64,000 bases of DNA from Armatimonadota bacterium (GCA_037444405.1 JBBIML010000006.1:192001-256000); one strand, 5' to 3'; counted from the stretch's first letter, positions 1-10,259 are shown. Numbers and translations are program-made. The notes: generated from the letters alone by a model not told the origin.

Positions 1-1374
1 GACGGAGAGCGCGGGCACCTCTGGGGCGGGCGCCTGCGTTTCGGTGGCGCGGGCGGGACGGCGTTGCGCACGCTGCAGGCGTCGCACATCGCGCCAGAGT
101 GCCTCCATCGCCGCCTGCGGACTGGTCACATAAGCGGGGCTGAGCGGCGCCAGCTGCTGCAGGCAGGCGGTCTGATCGGTGTGGCTGGTCAATCGCGCCA
201 CGAACGCCAGCGCCTCCCGCAGCAGGCGCGTGCGAGCCGCGAGATCGAGCTGCTCCGCGCGTTCCACACCTGCCTGACGGAGATGCTCCTGCAGAATCTG
301 CTCCAGCCCGAACAGCGCCGCGGGGCGTGCCCGCTCGATGGCTTGCTGCAACGCTTCGGCGCCCTGCGCCCGCAACAGGCTATCGGGGTCTTCGCCAGCC
401 GGCAGCTCCACAATCAACGCCGTGATGCCCGCCCCCTCCAGAATCTCGGCTGCCCGCAGCGCGGCGCGAACCCCGGCGCTGTCCGAATCGTAGAGCAGAT
501 AGACGCGCCCGGCGATGCGCCGCAGCCGCGCCGCATGCTGCTCGGTGAACGCCGTGCCCAGCGTTGCGACCGCATGGTCGAACCCGAACTGATGCAACAT
601 CACCAGGTCCATATAGCCCTCGACCACAATCGCGCTGCGCTGCCTTACGATGGCGCTCCGCGCCAGATGCCAGCCGTAGAGGGTGTCGCGCTTCTGGAAG
701 AGTGGGGTTTCAGGCGTGTTGAGATATTTCGGCTCCTCATCGCCCAGCACGCGCCCGCCAAACGCTATCACGCGCCCCGACGGGTCGTGAATCGGGAACA
801 CGATGCGATGGCGCAGGTAGTCATAGAACCCCTGCTCGCCCTGACGGATCAGTCCGGCGGCAAGCGCATCTTCGCGGCTGACCTGGTGCCGCTGCAGAAA
901 TCGGAGTAGGTGGTCCCAGCCGTCGGGCGCATAGCCCAGCTGGAACCGTTCGATGGTGGCAGGGGTCAAGCCTCGCTGGTGCAGGTAGCGCTGGGCGCGG
1001 GCGGAACGCTGCAGGCACTGGCGATAGTAGAAGTGGGCGGCGAACAGCGCCCGATGGAGGCGGTCGCGTTCGTCGGGGGCTTCTGATGGTTCCTGACGCA
1101 GTTCGATGCCCGCCTGCGCCGCCAGCCGGCGCAACGCCTCGCGGAAGGAGATGCCCTCGATGCGCATCAGAAAGGCGAAGGCGTCGCCCGACGCCCCGCA
1201 CCCGAAGCAGTGGAACCGGTTCAGGCTCGGACTAACATAGAACGAGGGCGTGCGCTCGGTGTGGAAGGGACATAGCCCTTTGAAGTTGCTGCCCGCTCGC
1301 TCCAGCGCCACATAGCCTGAGACCAGTTCCACCAGATCGATGCGCTCACGGATCTCCTCACGCAGGTCGCGCAT
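1..1374 (-). CDS. dnaG: DNA primase (3' end beyond window edge)
   Basis: Manual translation from ATG 1374: MRDLREEIRERIDLVELVSGYVALERAGSNFKGLCPFHTERTPSF...CFGC (CHC2 zinc finger), later KYLNTPETP and EGYMD (TOPRIM). Absent from the ORF track because there is no stop in the window. Confidence 0.95.
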   Translation of the reverse strand, partial: MRDLREEIRERIDLVELVSGYVALERAGSNFKGLCPFHTERTPSFYVSPSLNRFHCFGCGASGDAFAFLMRIEGISFREALRRLAAQAGIELRQEPSEAPDERDRLHRALFAAHFYYRQCLQRSARAQRYLHQRGLTPATIERFQLGYAPDGWDHLLRFLQRHQVSREDALAAGLIRQGEQGFYDYLRHRIVFPIHDPSGRVIAFGGRVLGDEEPKYLNTPETPLFQKRDTLYGWHLARSAIVRQRSAIVVEGYMDLVMLHQFGFDHAVATLGTAFTEQHAARLRRIAGRVYLLYDSDSAGVRAALRAAEILEGAGITALIVELPAGEDPDSLLRAQGAEALQQAIERARPAALFGLEQILQEHLRQAGVERAEQLDLAARTRLLREALAFVARLTSHTDQTACLQQLAPLSPAYVTSPQAAMEALWRDVRRLQRAQRRPARATETQAPAPEVPALSV

Positions 1375-1400
1375 GCAACAGGGTCGCCTCGCTTCGATGA

Positions 1401-2168
1401 TCAGATGGCAGGTCCGCCCATCCCTTTGGGACCGCCACCTCCACCGCCCGTAGCTGGGGGTGGCGGAGCGCCCATCCCACCAGGTGAAGGACCACCGCCT
1501 GCCATCCCTGCCTGTTGACCTCCGCCCACACCGATGAAGCCCGGACCGCTGAGCGGAATGCCCGCCGCGACGGCAATCGCCATCACCTTGTTGGTTCTGG
1601 TATCGAGCAGAAATGCAACCCCCAGCTTGTTGTATCGTGCCAGGATTACATCGCCCTGATACTGATGCTCCTGTGGATAGCCATAGGCACGCACCACTTT
1701 GCTGTAGGGGTCGCCCAGCGTGATACCGCGTGCCGTGCGAACATTCGGGTCAGGCTTATAGCCGTGCGCACTGATCTGCACCACGCGCCCATCTTTGTTC
1801 ACGACAAACGCATAGGTGCTACCACCTTTGCCCTTGTAGATGTAGGTGGTCTCCATCTCGACGCGCTGCTCGCCCGGCGTCCCACCTGTGCCAGGCGGCT
1901 GACCGAAGCCGGGCGGCCCGCCAGGACCGGGCATCTCGCCACCTGGGCCCGTTTGTTGTTGCTGCTGTTGATCAAACCGTTGCACAGTTATCGGGACATA
2001 GGTAATCTGGCGCGGATTGCCAAACTTCTGCAGCACACGCACCGCAGGGCTAAACAGCCGAATGCCTAACAGCTCCACCTCCGTGCGCTGTTTGCTCTGG
2101 GCGGTCAGACCCAGCAGCAAAGCGATGGCGCCAGTCGCCACAACCGCATATTTCCAGACGCTCTTCAT
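1401..2168 (-). CDS. Secreted hypothetical protein with poly-Q and Gly/Pro-rich segments
   Basis: N-terminal signal peptide, GGAGG RBS, low-complexity linkers. Confidence 0.7.
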   Translation of the reverse strand: MKSVWKYAVVATGAIALLLGLTAQSKQRTEVELLGIRLFSPAVRVLQKFGNPRQITYVPITVQRFDQQQQQQTGPGGEMPGPGGPPGFGQPPGTGGTPGEQRVEMETTYIYKGKGGSTYAFVVNKDGRVVQISAHGYKPDPNVRTARGITLGDPYSKVVRAYGYPQEHQYQGDVILARYNKLGVAFLLDTRTNKVMAIAVAAGIPLSGPGFIGVGGGQQAGMAGGGPSPGGMGAPPPPATGGGGGGPKGMGGPAI

Positions 2169-2251
2169 CCCTATCGCCTCCGTCTATACTATACCCTATC
2201 TTCTTCGGTCAAAACCGTGCTGTTCCCGATAGGGTTGTGCATAGTCGTTTC

Positions 2252-2277
2252 GACGCGCCTGCCGCCCCTCCTGTTCC
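2252..2277 (-). promoter_or_regulatory. ECF-sigma-like promoter GGAAC-N17-CGTC
   Basis: Minus strand reads GGAAC aggaggggcggcaggcg CGTCGAA upstream of ORF 1401..2168. Confidence 0.5.
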
Positions 2278-2290
2278 GACCGTGAGAGGT

Positions 2291-2520
2291 CATTTTAAGC
2301 CCTTCTGGGCTACAATCTTAGCATGATGGAACGGCACCGTTCACTCGTGGAACAGATGGAGACTTGCTTGCGCCAACTTTTGGACACCGAAGCCGACACC
2401 CTCGCCCAGCAAATCGGGTTTGTCCAGCGCCAGCGCAAACTCACCGGTGTGTCGGCGTCGGAGGCGTCCTGCGACCTTTCAGTTGCTGCTTGGGGAGGGA
2501 GGCTTAAATTGATGCCAATG
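2291..2520 (+). mobile_element. IS4-family (IS231-like) internal-deletion MITE, copy 1
   Basis: Encodes a transposase-like N-terminus (LAQQIGFVQRQRKLTG) joined out of frame to a C-terminal tail (RRRRPATFQLLLGEGGLN*). Right end GGCTTAAATTGATGCCAATG; left end eroded (CATTTTAAGCC). Homologous to 7015..7251. Confidence 0.75.
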
Positions 2521-2597
2521 CTACGCTGGCAATCCTGTGGTATGATTCAGACCAGCCGCTGCGAGAAGCGGCGCTTGCCGATGGACAGGAGGGCATC

Positions 2598-3025
2598 ATG
2601 CGAGCAGCTATTGCGAAAGGGTTAAGTTGCCTGCTGATGGCGGGCGTCAGCATGGCAGTGTTGCTGGCGCAGGTGGAAGACCCGCGCCTTGTATGGAAGC
2701 TGGAAGGGCGATCCACACCCGCTGGAGCGCTCGCGATCTCGCCTGATGGACAGTGGCTCGCCACAGGTGAAGGACGCTCCTGGTACGAGCCACCCTACAC
2801 CCTGTTCAAAGTCTGGAACCTGCGGACGAACCAGACCGTTCTGCCTCTTCACTCATGGCGGGTCGGTCAAGCAGGTTTCTATCAGACCAAGTGGACGATG
2901 CCGACCTGCTGATCGTACTGTTCAACTTCGGGCAGTACCACACGGACGGCGACCTGAACGATGACGGGCGCGTGGACGACGCCGACCTGCTGATCGTGCT
3001 GTTCAACCACAGCGCGGGCTGCTGA
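2598..3025 (+). pseudogene. Deleted/frameshifted secreted WD40-like protein with dockerin-like C-tail
   Basis: Signal peptide plus 'ALAISPDGQWLATG..FKVWNL' in one frame; 2891..3025 encodes VDDADLLIVLFNFG...GDLNDDGRVDDADLLIVLFNHSAGC* in another frame. Confidence 0.7.
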
Positions 3026-3122
3026 ACCTTGACGCCTCCTCTCACAGCGCCCTCTCTCCCACCTCAGGGAGGGAGGGTGTTTTTTATCGGGCAGGCGGCG
3101 GGTCAGGTAAACTTTTAACGGC

Positions 3123-5168
3123 ATGAGTGCGTTCGTTCCGCTGACAGGGGTGCAACTACCGCACACCTGCCGCCGTCGCAAGACGCGCGAGGTCCGGGTG
3201 GGCGATATCGGGATTGGGGGGAACAATCCCGTCCGTGTGCAGACAATGATCACCGCCGAGACGATGAACACGCTCGCCGCCGTCGAGCAGATTATCCAGC
3301 TCTACGAGGCGGGCGCGGAAATCGTGCGCGTCACCGCGCCTAACCTGCGCGAGGCACAAAACCTCGGCGAAATCAAAGCCGAACTGCGACGGCGCGGCTA
3401 CGGACATATCCCGCTCGTCGCCGATGTGCATCACCAGGGCATGGAAATCGCCCTCGAATGCACCAGACATGTGGAAAAGATTCGCATCAATCCGGGGCTG
3501 TTCGTGTTCCGCAAGCCTGACCCCAGCCGCGTGGAATACAGCCAGAGCGAGATTCAGCAGGAGCTAGAAGCCATCGAGCAGGCGCTCCTGCCTGTGATCC
3601 GCGCCTGCAAGGAGCGCGGCGTCGCCATGCGCATCGGCGTCAATCACGGCAGCCTCTCGGAGCGCATCAAGGTGATGTACGGCGACTCGCCCGTCGGAAT
3701 GGTCGAATCGGCATTAGAGTATATTCGCATCTGCGAGGCGCACGGCTTCAAAGATATCGTCATCTCGCTCAAGGCAAGTCGCGTGCCCGTGATGCTCTCG
3801 GCAAACCGCCTGATGGTGGAGCGCATGAACCAGCTGGGCATGGACTATCCCCTGCATCTGGGCGTGACAGAGGCGGGCGACGGGATGTATGCCCGTATCA
3901 AGAGCGCAATCGGCATCGGCACCCTGCTGGCGGAAGGCATCGGCGACACCATTCGCGTCTCGCTCGCCGAAGACCCGCTGAACGAGATCGAGGTGTGCTA
4001 CGACATCCTGCAGGCGCTGGGACTGCGCAAGACCAAAGTGGAATATATCGCCTGCCCCTCCTGCGGACGCACCAAGTTTGACCTGCCAACCGTGCTGAAC
4101 CAGGTGCGCGAAGCCACCAAACATCTGGTGGGACTGGACATCGCCGTGATGGGCTGCCTGCCATCCGACCAGCCCGTGATGACCGAGTCGGGGCTGAAAC
4201 CCATTCATCGGATTCAGGTGGGCGAGCGCGTGCTAACCGAGCAGGGCACGCTGGAGCCTGTATCCGCCATCGAGAGCCATTCATTCGAGGGCGAGCTGAT
4301 AGAGATTGTGCCGCGCGGCGCACCGCCCCTGCGCCTGACGCCCAATCACCCCGTGCTGGCGCTCACCCGCTCCTGCACAATTAAAGGCGACCGACCACGC
4401 TGGCAAAACATGGCAGACCTCATCAATCGCTGGCAGGAAGCACGCTGGTACCCGGCGCAGGAGATTACCCGCAATCATGTATTGCTCTACCCTGTGCTGA
4501 AAGAGAACCAGATATCGGAGCGCGTTCCTGACGAACCAAAGCAGATTATCGAATACCTGCAGAAGCTCTGGCGGTGTGATGGCTATTGTGGGGTGGTCCG
4601 AGGCTATCCGTGTGCCAGCTATGTGACGGTTTCGCCAGCGCTCGCCTTTGTCGTTCACCAGTTGCTTCTGCGGCTGGGGATACCAGCGTCGCTGACGGTC
4701 AGGCAACCTGCAAACCGCCAGCGTACATACATCATCAGTGTCACCAGCGGCGATGGGCTGCGGCGATTCGCCGACCGCCTTGGCTTCAAGGTGGAAGTGC
4801 CTGAAAGCCGTCAGCGTACGGGGCAGCTCGCGCTCGATTCACGCTACCTCTATCTGCCCGTTGCAGCAGTGAGGCGCCTTCCCTATCGGGGCACGGTTCA
4901 CAATCTGGAGGTGGCGCACGCGCACACCTATGTCGGCTCACTCTGCGTGGTGCATAACTGCATCGTGAACGGACCAGGCGAGATGGCGGATGCAGATTAT
5001 GGCTATGTGGGGCGCGGGTCGGGTAAAATCGCGCTCTATCGCAAAGGGCAGCTCGTTAAAAACGATATTCCTGCCGAACGCGGCGTGGAAGAGCTGATCG
5101 CGCTGCTCAAAGCCGATGGCGTGTGGCGCGATCCGCCAGCAACCAATCACAACGATGGAGGTCAATAA
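3123..5168 (+). CDS. ispG: HMB-PP synthase IspG (GcpE), intein-containing
   Basis: Motifs [44 protein letters not shown] and [12 protein letters not shown] after intein removal. Confidence 0.96.
   Translation: MSAFVPLTGVQLPHTCRRRKTREVRVGDIGIGGNNPVRVQTMITAETMNTLAAVEQIIQLYEAGAEIVRVTAPNLREAQNLGEIKAELRRRGYGHIPLVADVHHQGMEIALECTRHVEKIRINPGLFVFRKPDPSRVEYSQSEIQQELEAIEQALLPVIRACKERGVAMRIGVNHGSLSERIKVMYGDSPVGMVESALEYIRICEAHGFKDIVISLKASRVPVMLSANRLMVERMNQLGMDYPLHLGVTEAGDGMYARIKSAIGIGTLLAEGIGDTIRVSLAEDPLNEIEVCYDILQALGLRKTKVEYIACPSCGRTKFDLPTVLNQVREATKHLVGLDIAVMGCLPSDQPVMTESGLKPIHRIQVGERVLTEQGTLEPVSAIESHSFEGELIEIVPRGAPPLRLTPNHPVLALTRSCTIKGDRPRWQNMADLINRWQEARWYPAQEITRNHVLLYPVLKENQISERVPDEPKQIIEYLQKLWRCDGYCGVVRGYPCASYVTVSPALAFVVHQLLLRLGIPASLTVRQPANRQRTYIISVTSGDGLRRFADRLGFKVEVPESRQRTGQLALDSRYLYLPVAAVRRLPYRGTVHNLEVAHAHTYVGSLCVVHNCIVNGPGEMADADYGYVGRGSGKIALYRKGQLVKNDIPAERGVEELIALLKADGVWRDPPATNHNDGGQ
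4155..4958 (+). mobile_element. Intein (268 aa) with partial LAGLIDADG-like remnant
   Basis: Starts CLPSDQPV; block [10 protein letters not shown]; ends TVHNLEV..HTYV...VVHN followed by +1 Cys. Internal [10 protein letters not shown] and LLLRLGI resemble endonuclease blocks. Confidence 0.93.
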
Positions 5169-5170
5169 CG

Positions 5171-5623
5171 ATGGGTCTGTTAGGGTTTCAATCGAAGCGG
5201 TTGCCGCGCACCAATCTGCGCGATCTGCGGGCGCGACTGACAAAACAGAAGGGCAAGGTCGTCCTGCTGAACTTCTGGGCGACATGGTGCCAGCCCTGCG
5301 TGGAGGAGTTCCCCGCGCTGGTCAGGCTCTACAACAACTATCGCAAGCGGGGTGTGGTGGTGATCGCCGTCTCGGTGGATGACCCCGAAACCGCCGATGA
5401 GGTCGTTCAGCCGTTTCTGAAGCGAATGCGCGCGACCTTCCCCGTGCTGGTGCTGGATCAGGATTCCGACCAGTTCATTCGCGGCTTCGATAACGAATGG
5501 GGCGGTGAGGTGCCGCGCACCTACCTCTATAGCAAGTCGGGCAAGCGCCTGAAGGCGTGGTCGGGTTCGCGCACCTACGCCGAGTTCGAGAAAGAGATCA
5601 AGGAGGCGCTGAAACAGCGGTGA
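5171..5623 (+). CDS. TlpA-family thiol-disulfide oxidoreductase
   Basis: GKVVLLNFWATWCQPC motif. Confidence 0.85.
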   Translation: MGLLGFQSKRLPRTNLRDLRARLTKQKGKVVLLNFWATWCQPCVEEFPALVRLYNNYRKRGVVVIAVSVDDPETADEVVQPFLKRMRATFPVLVLDQDSDQFIRGFDNEWGGEVPRTYLYSKSGKRLKAWSGSRTYAEFEKEIKEALKQR

Positions 5624-6477
5624 GCGAACGGATGCGCCGACTGCGCTTCTGGAAAGTGGAGGCGGTCGGCAACGACTTTGTGCTGGTGGATGCCGATTCT
5701 GTTCAGGGCGAGAACCTGCCTGCGCTGGCTCAGCGGCTGTGCCATCGTCCGCTGGGCATCGGCGGCGACGGCTTGCTGATTATCGGCAGGGGCGAGCGCG
5801 AAGCGCTTGCCATGCGGATGTTCAACCCCGACGGCACAGAAGACTTCTGCGGCAACGGACTGCGCTGTGTCGCCCGATTCGCCTATGAGCATGGCTATGT
5901 GGACACGCCCCGGTTCGCCATCGAGACCATCAGCGGCGTCGTGCCCGTGCGCCTGAACCTGCGCGACGGTGTGGTGGAGTCGATCACGACCGAGCTGCCG
6001 CCGCCGCGCTTTCACCCGCGCGACATCCCGATACGGGTTGAGGGCGAGCAGGTGCTGGACTACCCGTTAACCGTGAGCGGGCGCGAGGTTCGATTGTGGG
6101 CGGTCAACACGGGCACCACGCACAGCGTCATCTTCACCGACCGCCTGCCCGACGACGAGCTGTTTGAGCAGATCAGTCCGCGCATCGAGACCCATCCACT
6201 GTTTCCGGAGCGTACCAGTGTGCTATGGGCATTGATGGAGTCACCGAACCGATTCGCTGTGCGCATCTGGGAGCGCGGGGTGGGCGAAACCCAGGGCTGC
6301 GGTAGCGGCGCGGCGGCGGTCGCCGTGCTGGCGCACTTGGCTAACTGGGCAAAAAACCCGGTGGAGGTGCGCTCGCGCGGCGGCGTGCTGACCGTCGAGT
6401 GGGAGCCTGGCACTCCCATCCGGCTGACGGGTCCCGCAACCCTGCGCTTTGAAGGTCTCTACAATCTCTCTGCCTGA
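5620..6477 (+). CDS. dapF: Diaminopimelate epimerase
   Basis: GNDF, GGDG, CGNG and ERGVGETQGCGSGA motifs. Confidence 0.93.
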   Translation: MSERMRRLRFWKVEAVGNDFVLVDADSVQGENLPALAQRLCHRPLGIGGDGLLIIGRGEREALAMRMFNPDGTEDFCGNGLRCVARFAYEHGYVDTPRFAIETISGVVPVRLNLRDGVVESITTELPPPRFHPRDIPIRVEGEQVLDYPLTVSGREVRLWAVNTGTTHSVIFTDRLPDDELFEQISPRIETHPLFPERTSVLWALMESPNRFAVRIWERGVGETQGCGSGAAAVAVLAHLANWAKNPVEVRSRGGVLTVEWEPGTPIRLTGPATLRFEGLYNLSA

Positions 6478-6479
6478 TC

Positions 6480-6965
6480 CCGAGCAGGGAGAAATACCCT
6501 TGCCTCATCGCGCTCGTCGGGATGGAGACGCGGTAAGCGATTGACGAACCGCATTGCTGGGTAATCTGCTGAACCGCCTGACGCACCGCAGGCAGCTGGG
6601 GGTCGTTGCTGCGGCAGGGGATGGTCACGGCATATGCGGCTCGTAACCCGGCATCCCGGGCGGGGCACTGGTTGTCCAGAACGGCTTGCAGTGGTCGAAC
6701 ATCAATTTGAGCTGGCGCTGAACCAGCTCTGCCACCGTCTCAAATGTTCAGCTCGTCGGGTCGGGTGCGATGCTCCTTACCGCTGGGGTCGGTCCAGATG
6801 ACGATGGCTTGCAATGTTGGATCGTCGGCGTAGACCGCGCGGCTCCTGACCTCACGCGAAGGCAGAGCCATCGCCAGGCTCAAGAATCTGAACCGATTGC
6901 GCCATTGCGCTGTGCAGGGCGCCAGCGAACACCCCTGCTAACCATAGTCGGACATACCCGCGCAC
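6480..6965 (-). pseudogene. Probable decayed secreted-protein gene
   Basis: TATAAT and AGGAGG precede GTG 6965; it encodes a signal peptide (MRGYVRLWLAGVFAGALHSAMAQ) then SVQILEPGDGSAFA* stopping at 6852, with only broken frames after. Confidence 0.4.
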
Positions 6966-7014
6966 GCAATCCCCTCCTATTTGCAGGGGATTATACCAGT
7001 CAGCGGCGCGGGTC

Positions 7015-7251
7015 CATTGGCATCAATTTAAGCCTCCTTTTCCAAGCGGCAACTGAAAGGTCGCAGGACGCCTCCGACGCCGACACACCGGTGGGTTTGC
7101 GTTGGCGTTGGACGAATCCAATTTGTTGGGTGAGGGCGTCGGCTACAGCGCCGAGGCGTTGGCGCATGCGAGTTTCCATCTGTTCCACGAGGGAGTGGTG
7201 TCGTTCCATCATGCTAAGATTATAGCCCAGAAGGGCTTAAATTGATCAATG
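7015..7251 (-). mobile_element. IS4-family (IS231-like) internal-deletion MITE, copy 2
   Basis: Terminal inverted repeats CATTGGCATCAATTTAAGCC / GGCTTAAATTGATCAATG; same deletion junction as copy 1, in inverted orientation. Confidence 0.8.
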
Positions 7252-7386
7252 ACCCCAGTTTAGCCCCTATCAAGGGGTTCGGCGGGCGTCTGGTTGTCAG
7301 GTGTGATTGGCGCCTCCCGCATAAGCAGAACAAAGCGTCGAGCGGCAGGAACCTCATCACCAACGCTGTATTCTGACAGAGTTATC

Positions 7387-9381
7387 ATGCACGCTGATGA
7401 CCTGATGAGGCTGTTGCGGGAGCGGTTCGGGTTTGAGTCGTTCCGCGAAGGACAGCAAGAGGCGATTCAGGCGGCGCTGGAGGGCAAGCGGGGGCTGCTG
7501 ATTCAGCCGACAGGCTGGGGCAAGAGCCTGGTGTATCAGATGATTGCCGCCCTGCGCGGGCTGACGCTGGTGTTCTCGCCCCTGCGGGCGCTGATGCGCG
7601 ATCAGGTGCGTCAGGCGTGCGAGCGCTATGCCCTGCGCGCCGATACCGTCAACTCCGATATGAGCCTCGAGGATCAGCAGGCGGTGCTGGAACGCGCCGC
7701 AGCGGGCGAGCTCGACCTGCTCTATATCGCGCCTGAACGACTGGGCAACCCACTCTGGCAGGACCATCAGCAACAGCTGCCGATCCGCGCGGTGGTCATC
7801 GACGAGGCGCACTGCGTCTCCATCTGGGGACACGATTTCCGTCCCGAATATCGGCGGATTGTGAACCTGGTGCGTCTGTTACCGCCCGAGGTGCCCGTGG
7901 TCGCGGTGACGGCGACCGCCACACCCCGCGTCGAGCAGGATGTGCGCGAGCAGATTGGCGAGCCGTTCCACATTCTGCGGGGCTCGCTGATGCGCCCTAA
8001 CCTCTGCCTCTATGTTCAGCCCGTGCAATCGGACGCCGAAAAGCTTGCCTGGGTGGATCATCTGCTCGGTCTTCTGCCTGGCAGCGGGCTTGTCTACACC
8101 GCGACGCGCGCCAGCTGCGAATGGCTCGCCCAGTATCTTCAGCAGCGCGGGCACGTCGTGGCGCACTACCATGCCGGGCTGGGTGCGGAGCGCGCCGCCC
8201 TCGAACAGCGCCTGATTCAGAACGACCTCAAAGCGCTGGTCTGCACGAACGCGCTCGGCATGGGGCTGGACAAACCCGACCTGCGCTTCGTGATTCATGC
8301 CGAGACGCCCGCCTCGCCCCTGCACTACTATCAGGAAATCGGGCGGTCAGGTCGCGACGGCGAACGCTCCTACTGCATCCTGCTCGCCCATCCCGACGAT
8401 AAGACCCTGCAAACCAGCATGATTCGCACCAGTCGCCCGCCTCCCGACGCTTATCAGCAGGTGTATCAGCTGCTTCAGCAACAGCCGATGCGCGAGCGGG
8501 AGCTGGCGCTCCACACCGGGCTGACCCAGAACAGCCTGCGCACGATCCTGTATGACCTGATGGATCAGGGGCTGCTGGTGCGCGACAGCGAGCGGTACTA
8601 CCGCGCCACAGGGCATGGTGCCATCGATCACAGCCATTATCAGGTGGTGCTGGACGCGAAGCTCAACGATCTGGAGGCGATGATTGCCTACTGGCATCTG
8701 CGCGAGTGTCGAATGCGCTATCTGTGCCGCTTTCTGGGCGATGCGACCGCAGCGGCGTGCAGTCGGTGCGACCGCTGCCGACGGCGACGGCTCGCGCCGC
8801 CCGACCCAGCCCTGATAGTGCAGGCGGAACGGTTCGCCTATCACCCACCACTGATTCTGACGGCGGTTTATCAGAAGGAGCAGATCTACGCGATGGGCTT
8901 CGCGCTGAGCTACTATGGGGGCACACCTGTCGGGGAAGCTATTCACCAGTGCAAATATGCGGACGGCGGCGCACTGCCCGATTGGGCTATCCAGCAGGCG
9001 GCGGTGTTCCTGCGCGAGCGGTTCCCGCTACAGGCGATTCACGCGCTGGTGCCCATCCCGCCCAGCATCAGCGGCGGCTTCGTTGAGGAGTTCACGGCGC
9101 GATTAGCGGCGCAGCTCAACCTGCGCTTTCTGCCGATTCTGCGCAAGACGCGCCCCACACGCCCGCAAAAAGACTGGACGAACAGCGTTCAGAAAGCGGA
9201 GAACCTGCGCGACGCCATCGAATGTGTCCAGCCCCTGCAGGGCGAGTGCCTGCTGATAGTGGACGATGTGTGCGATTCGGGCGTGACGCTGGAGGTGGCA
9301 GGTAAAATTTTGAAGCGAGCGGGCGCAGGCACGCTCTACGCCTTCTGTTTAGCCCGCACCCGCCATCGGGGTGATTTGTGA
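7387..9381 (+). CDS. RecQ-family helicase with C-terminal phosphoribosyltransferase (ComF-like) domain, RqlH-like
   Basis: QPTGWGKS, DEAHCVSIWGHDFRP, QEIGRSGRDG, Zn site CRMRYL..CSRCDRC, PRPP-loop LIVDDVCDSGVTL. Confidence 0.88.
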   Translation: MHADDLMRLLRERFGFESFREGQQEAIQAALEGKRGLLIQPTGWGKSLVYQMIAALRGLTLVFSPLRALMRDQVRQACERYALRADTVNSDMSLEDQQAVLERAAAGELDLLYIAPERLGNPLWQDHQQQLPIRAVVIDEAHCVSIWGHDFRPEYRRIVNLVRLLPPEVPVVAVTATATPRVEQDVREQIGEPFHILRGSLMRPNLCLYVQPVQSDAEKLAWVDHLLGLLPGSGLVYTATRASCEWLAQYLQQRGHVVAHYHAGLGAERAALEQRLIQNDLKALVCTNALGMGLDKPDLRFVIHAETPASPLHYYQEIGRSGRDGERSYCILLAHPDDKTLQTSMIRTSRPPPDAYQQVYQLLQQQPMRERELALHTGLTQNSLRTILYDLMDQGLLVRDSERYYRATGHGAIDHSHYQVVLDAKLNDLEAMIAYWHLRECRMRYLCRFLGDATAAACSRCDRCRRRRLAPPDPALIVQAERFAYHPPLILTAVYQKEQIYAMGFALSYYGGTPVGEAIHQCKYADGGALPDWAIQQAAVFLRERFPLQAIHALVPIPPSISGGFVEEFTARLAAQLNLRFLPILRKTRPTRPQKDWTNSVQKAENLRDAIECVQPLQGECLLIVDDVCDSGVTLEVAGKILKRAGAGTLYAFCLARTRHRGDL

Positions 9382-10259
9382 AGATGGAAGAGCGCGAGTG
9401 GGTCTACTGGATGCTGATGGCTCATTCCGACAGTCGTGCCCTACGCCAGCGGTTCCGCGACCAGCAGCCGCAGGATGTGGGCGCGTTTCTGCGTGACCAG
9501 CCCGAATGGGCGCAGATGGAGGCGCAGCTGGCGCAGGAGGCGCTGACCCTCCACGAGTTCTTGCAGCAGGGCGGGCTGTTCCTGACCCTCTACCATCCGG
9601 GCTATCCTGAACGGCTGCGCCTGACAGCCTCGATACCCCCGCCGCCAGTGCTGTACGCGCTGGGCAGTCTATCCCTGCTCGACGCCCAGCCGCTGGTCGC
9701 CATCGCTGGCTCGCGCAACGCCTCCCGCCAGGCGCAGGAGGCAACCCCCGCCGTCGTTCAGCAACTGGTCGCGCAGGGCTACGGGATTATCACAGGCTTC
9801 GCGAAGGGCGTCGATCAGATGGCTGCCCGCACCGCGCTGGATGCAAATGGCATCACCATCGGCGTGCTGCCGCAGGGACTGCTGTCCCGACTCACCCAGC
9901 AGCTCGCGCGCGAATGGATGGAGCCACTGAACGACGACCGCCTGCTGTTCCTCTCGGAGCTGCATCCCCGCGCCGAGTGGTCACCGCGCTTCGCCATGAT
10001 GCGCAACCGCCTGATTGCCGCCCTCGCCGAGTTCGTGGTGATTATCGAATCGGGCGCCCGCGAATCGCAAAAGAACGGCAAAACGGTGTTGAGCGGCACC
10101 TATCAGTGCGCCGAGATTGCACACCGGACGGGTCGCCCCGTGTATGTGCTGGACCTGCCCGCGCCAGGCAATCAGCAGCTCCTGCAGGAGGGCATCGCCC
10201 GCCCCTGGCAAGGACACCATGCAGCGGCGCCGTCGGAGCAACCGAACCTTTTCGAGTAG
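9378..10259 (+). CDS. DprA/Smf-like (SLOG) protein
   Basis: YPERL..PPPVLYALG, VAIAGSR, GFAKGVD, RNRLIAAL motifs; start overlaps the RecQ stop (GTGA). Confidence 0.85.
   Translation: MKMEEREWVYWMLMAHSDSRALRQRFRDQQPQDVGAFLRDQPEWAQMEAQLAQEALTLHEFLQQGGLFLTLYHPGYPERLRLTASIPPPPVLYALGSLSLLDAQPLVAIAGSRNASRQAQEATPAVVQQLVAQGYGIITGFAKGVDQMAARTALDANGITIGVLPQGLLSRLTQQLAREWMEPLNDDRLLFLSELHPRAEWSPRFAMMRNRLIAALAEFVVIIESGARESQKNGKTVLSGTYQCAEIAHRTGRPVYVLDLPAPGNQQLLQEGIARPWQGHHAAAPSEQPNLFE

Noticed and set aside
64..909. 281-aa plus-strand ORF
   Set aside because: Shadow of dnaG on the minus strand.
2891..3025. Dockerin-like repeats as DGR template/variable repeats
   Set aside because: There is no reverse transcriptase, and the differences between copies are not adenine-specific.
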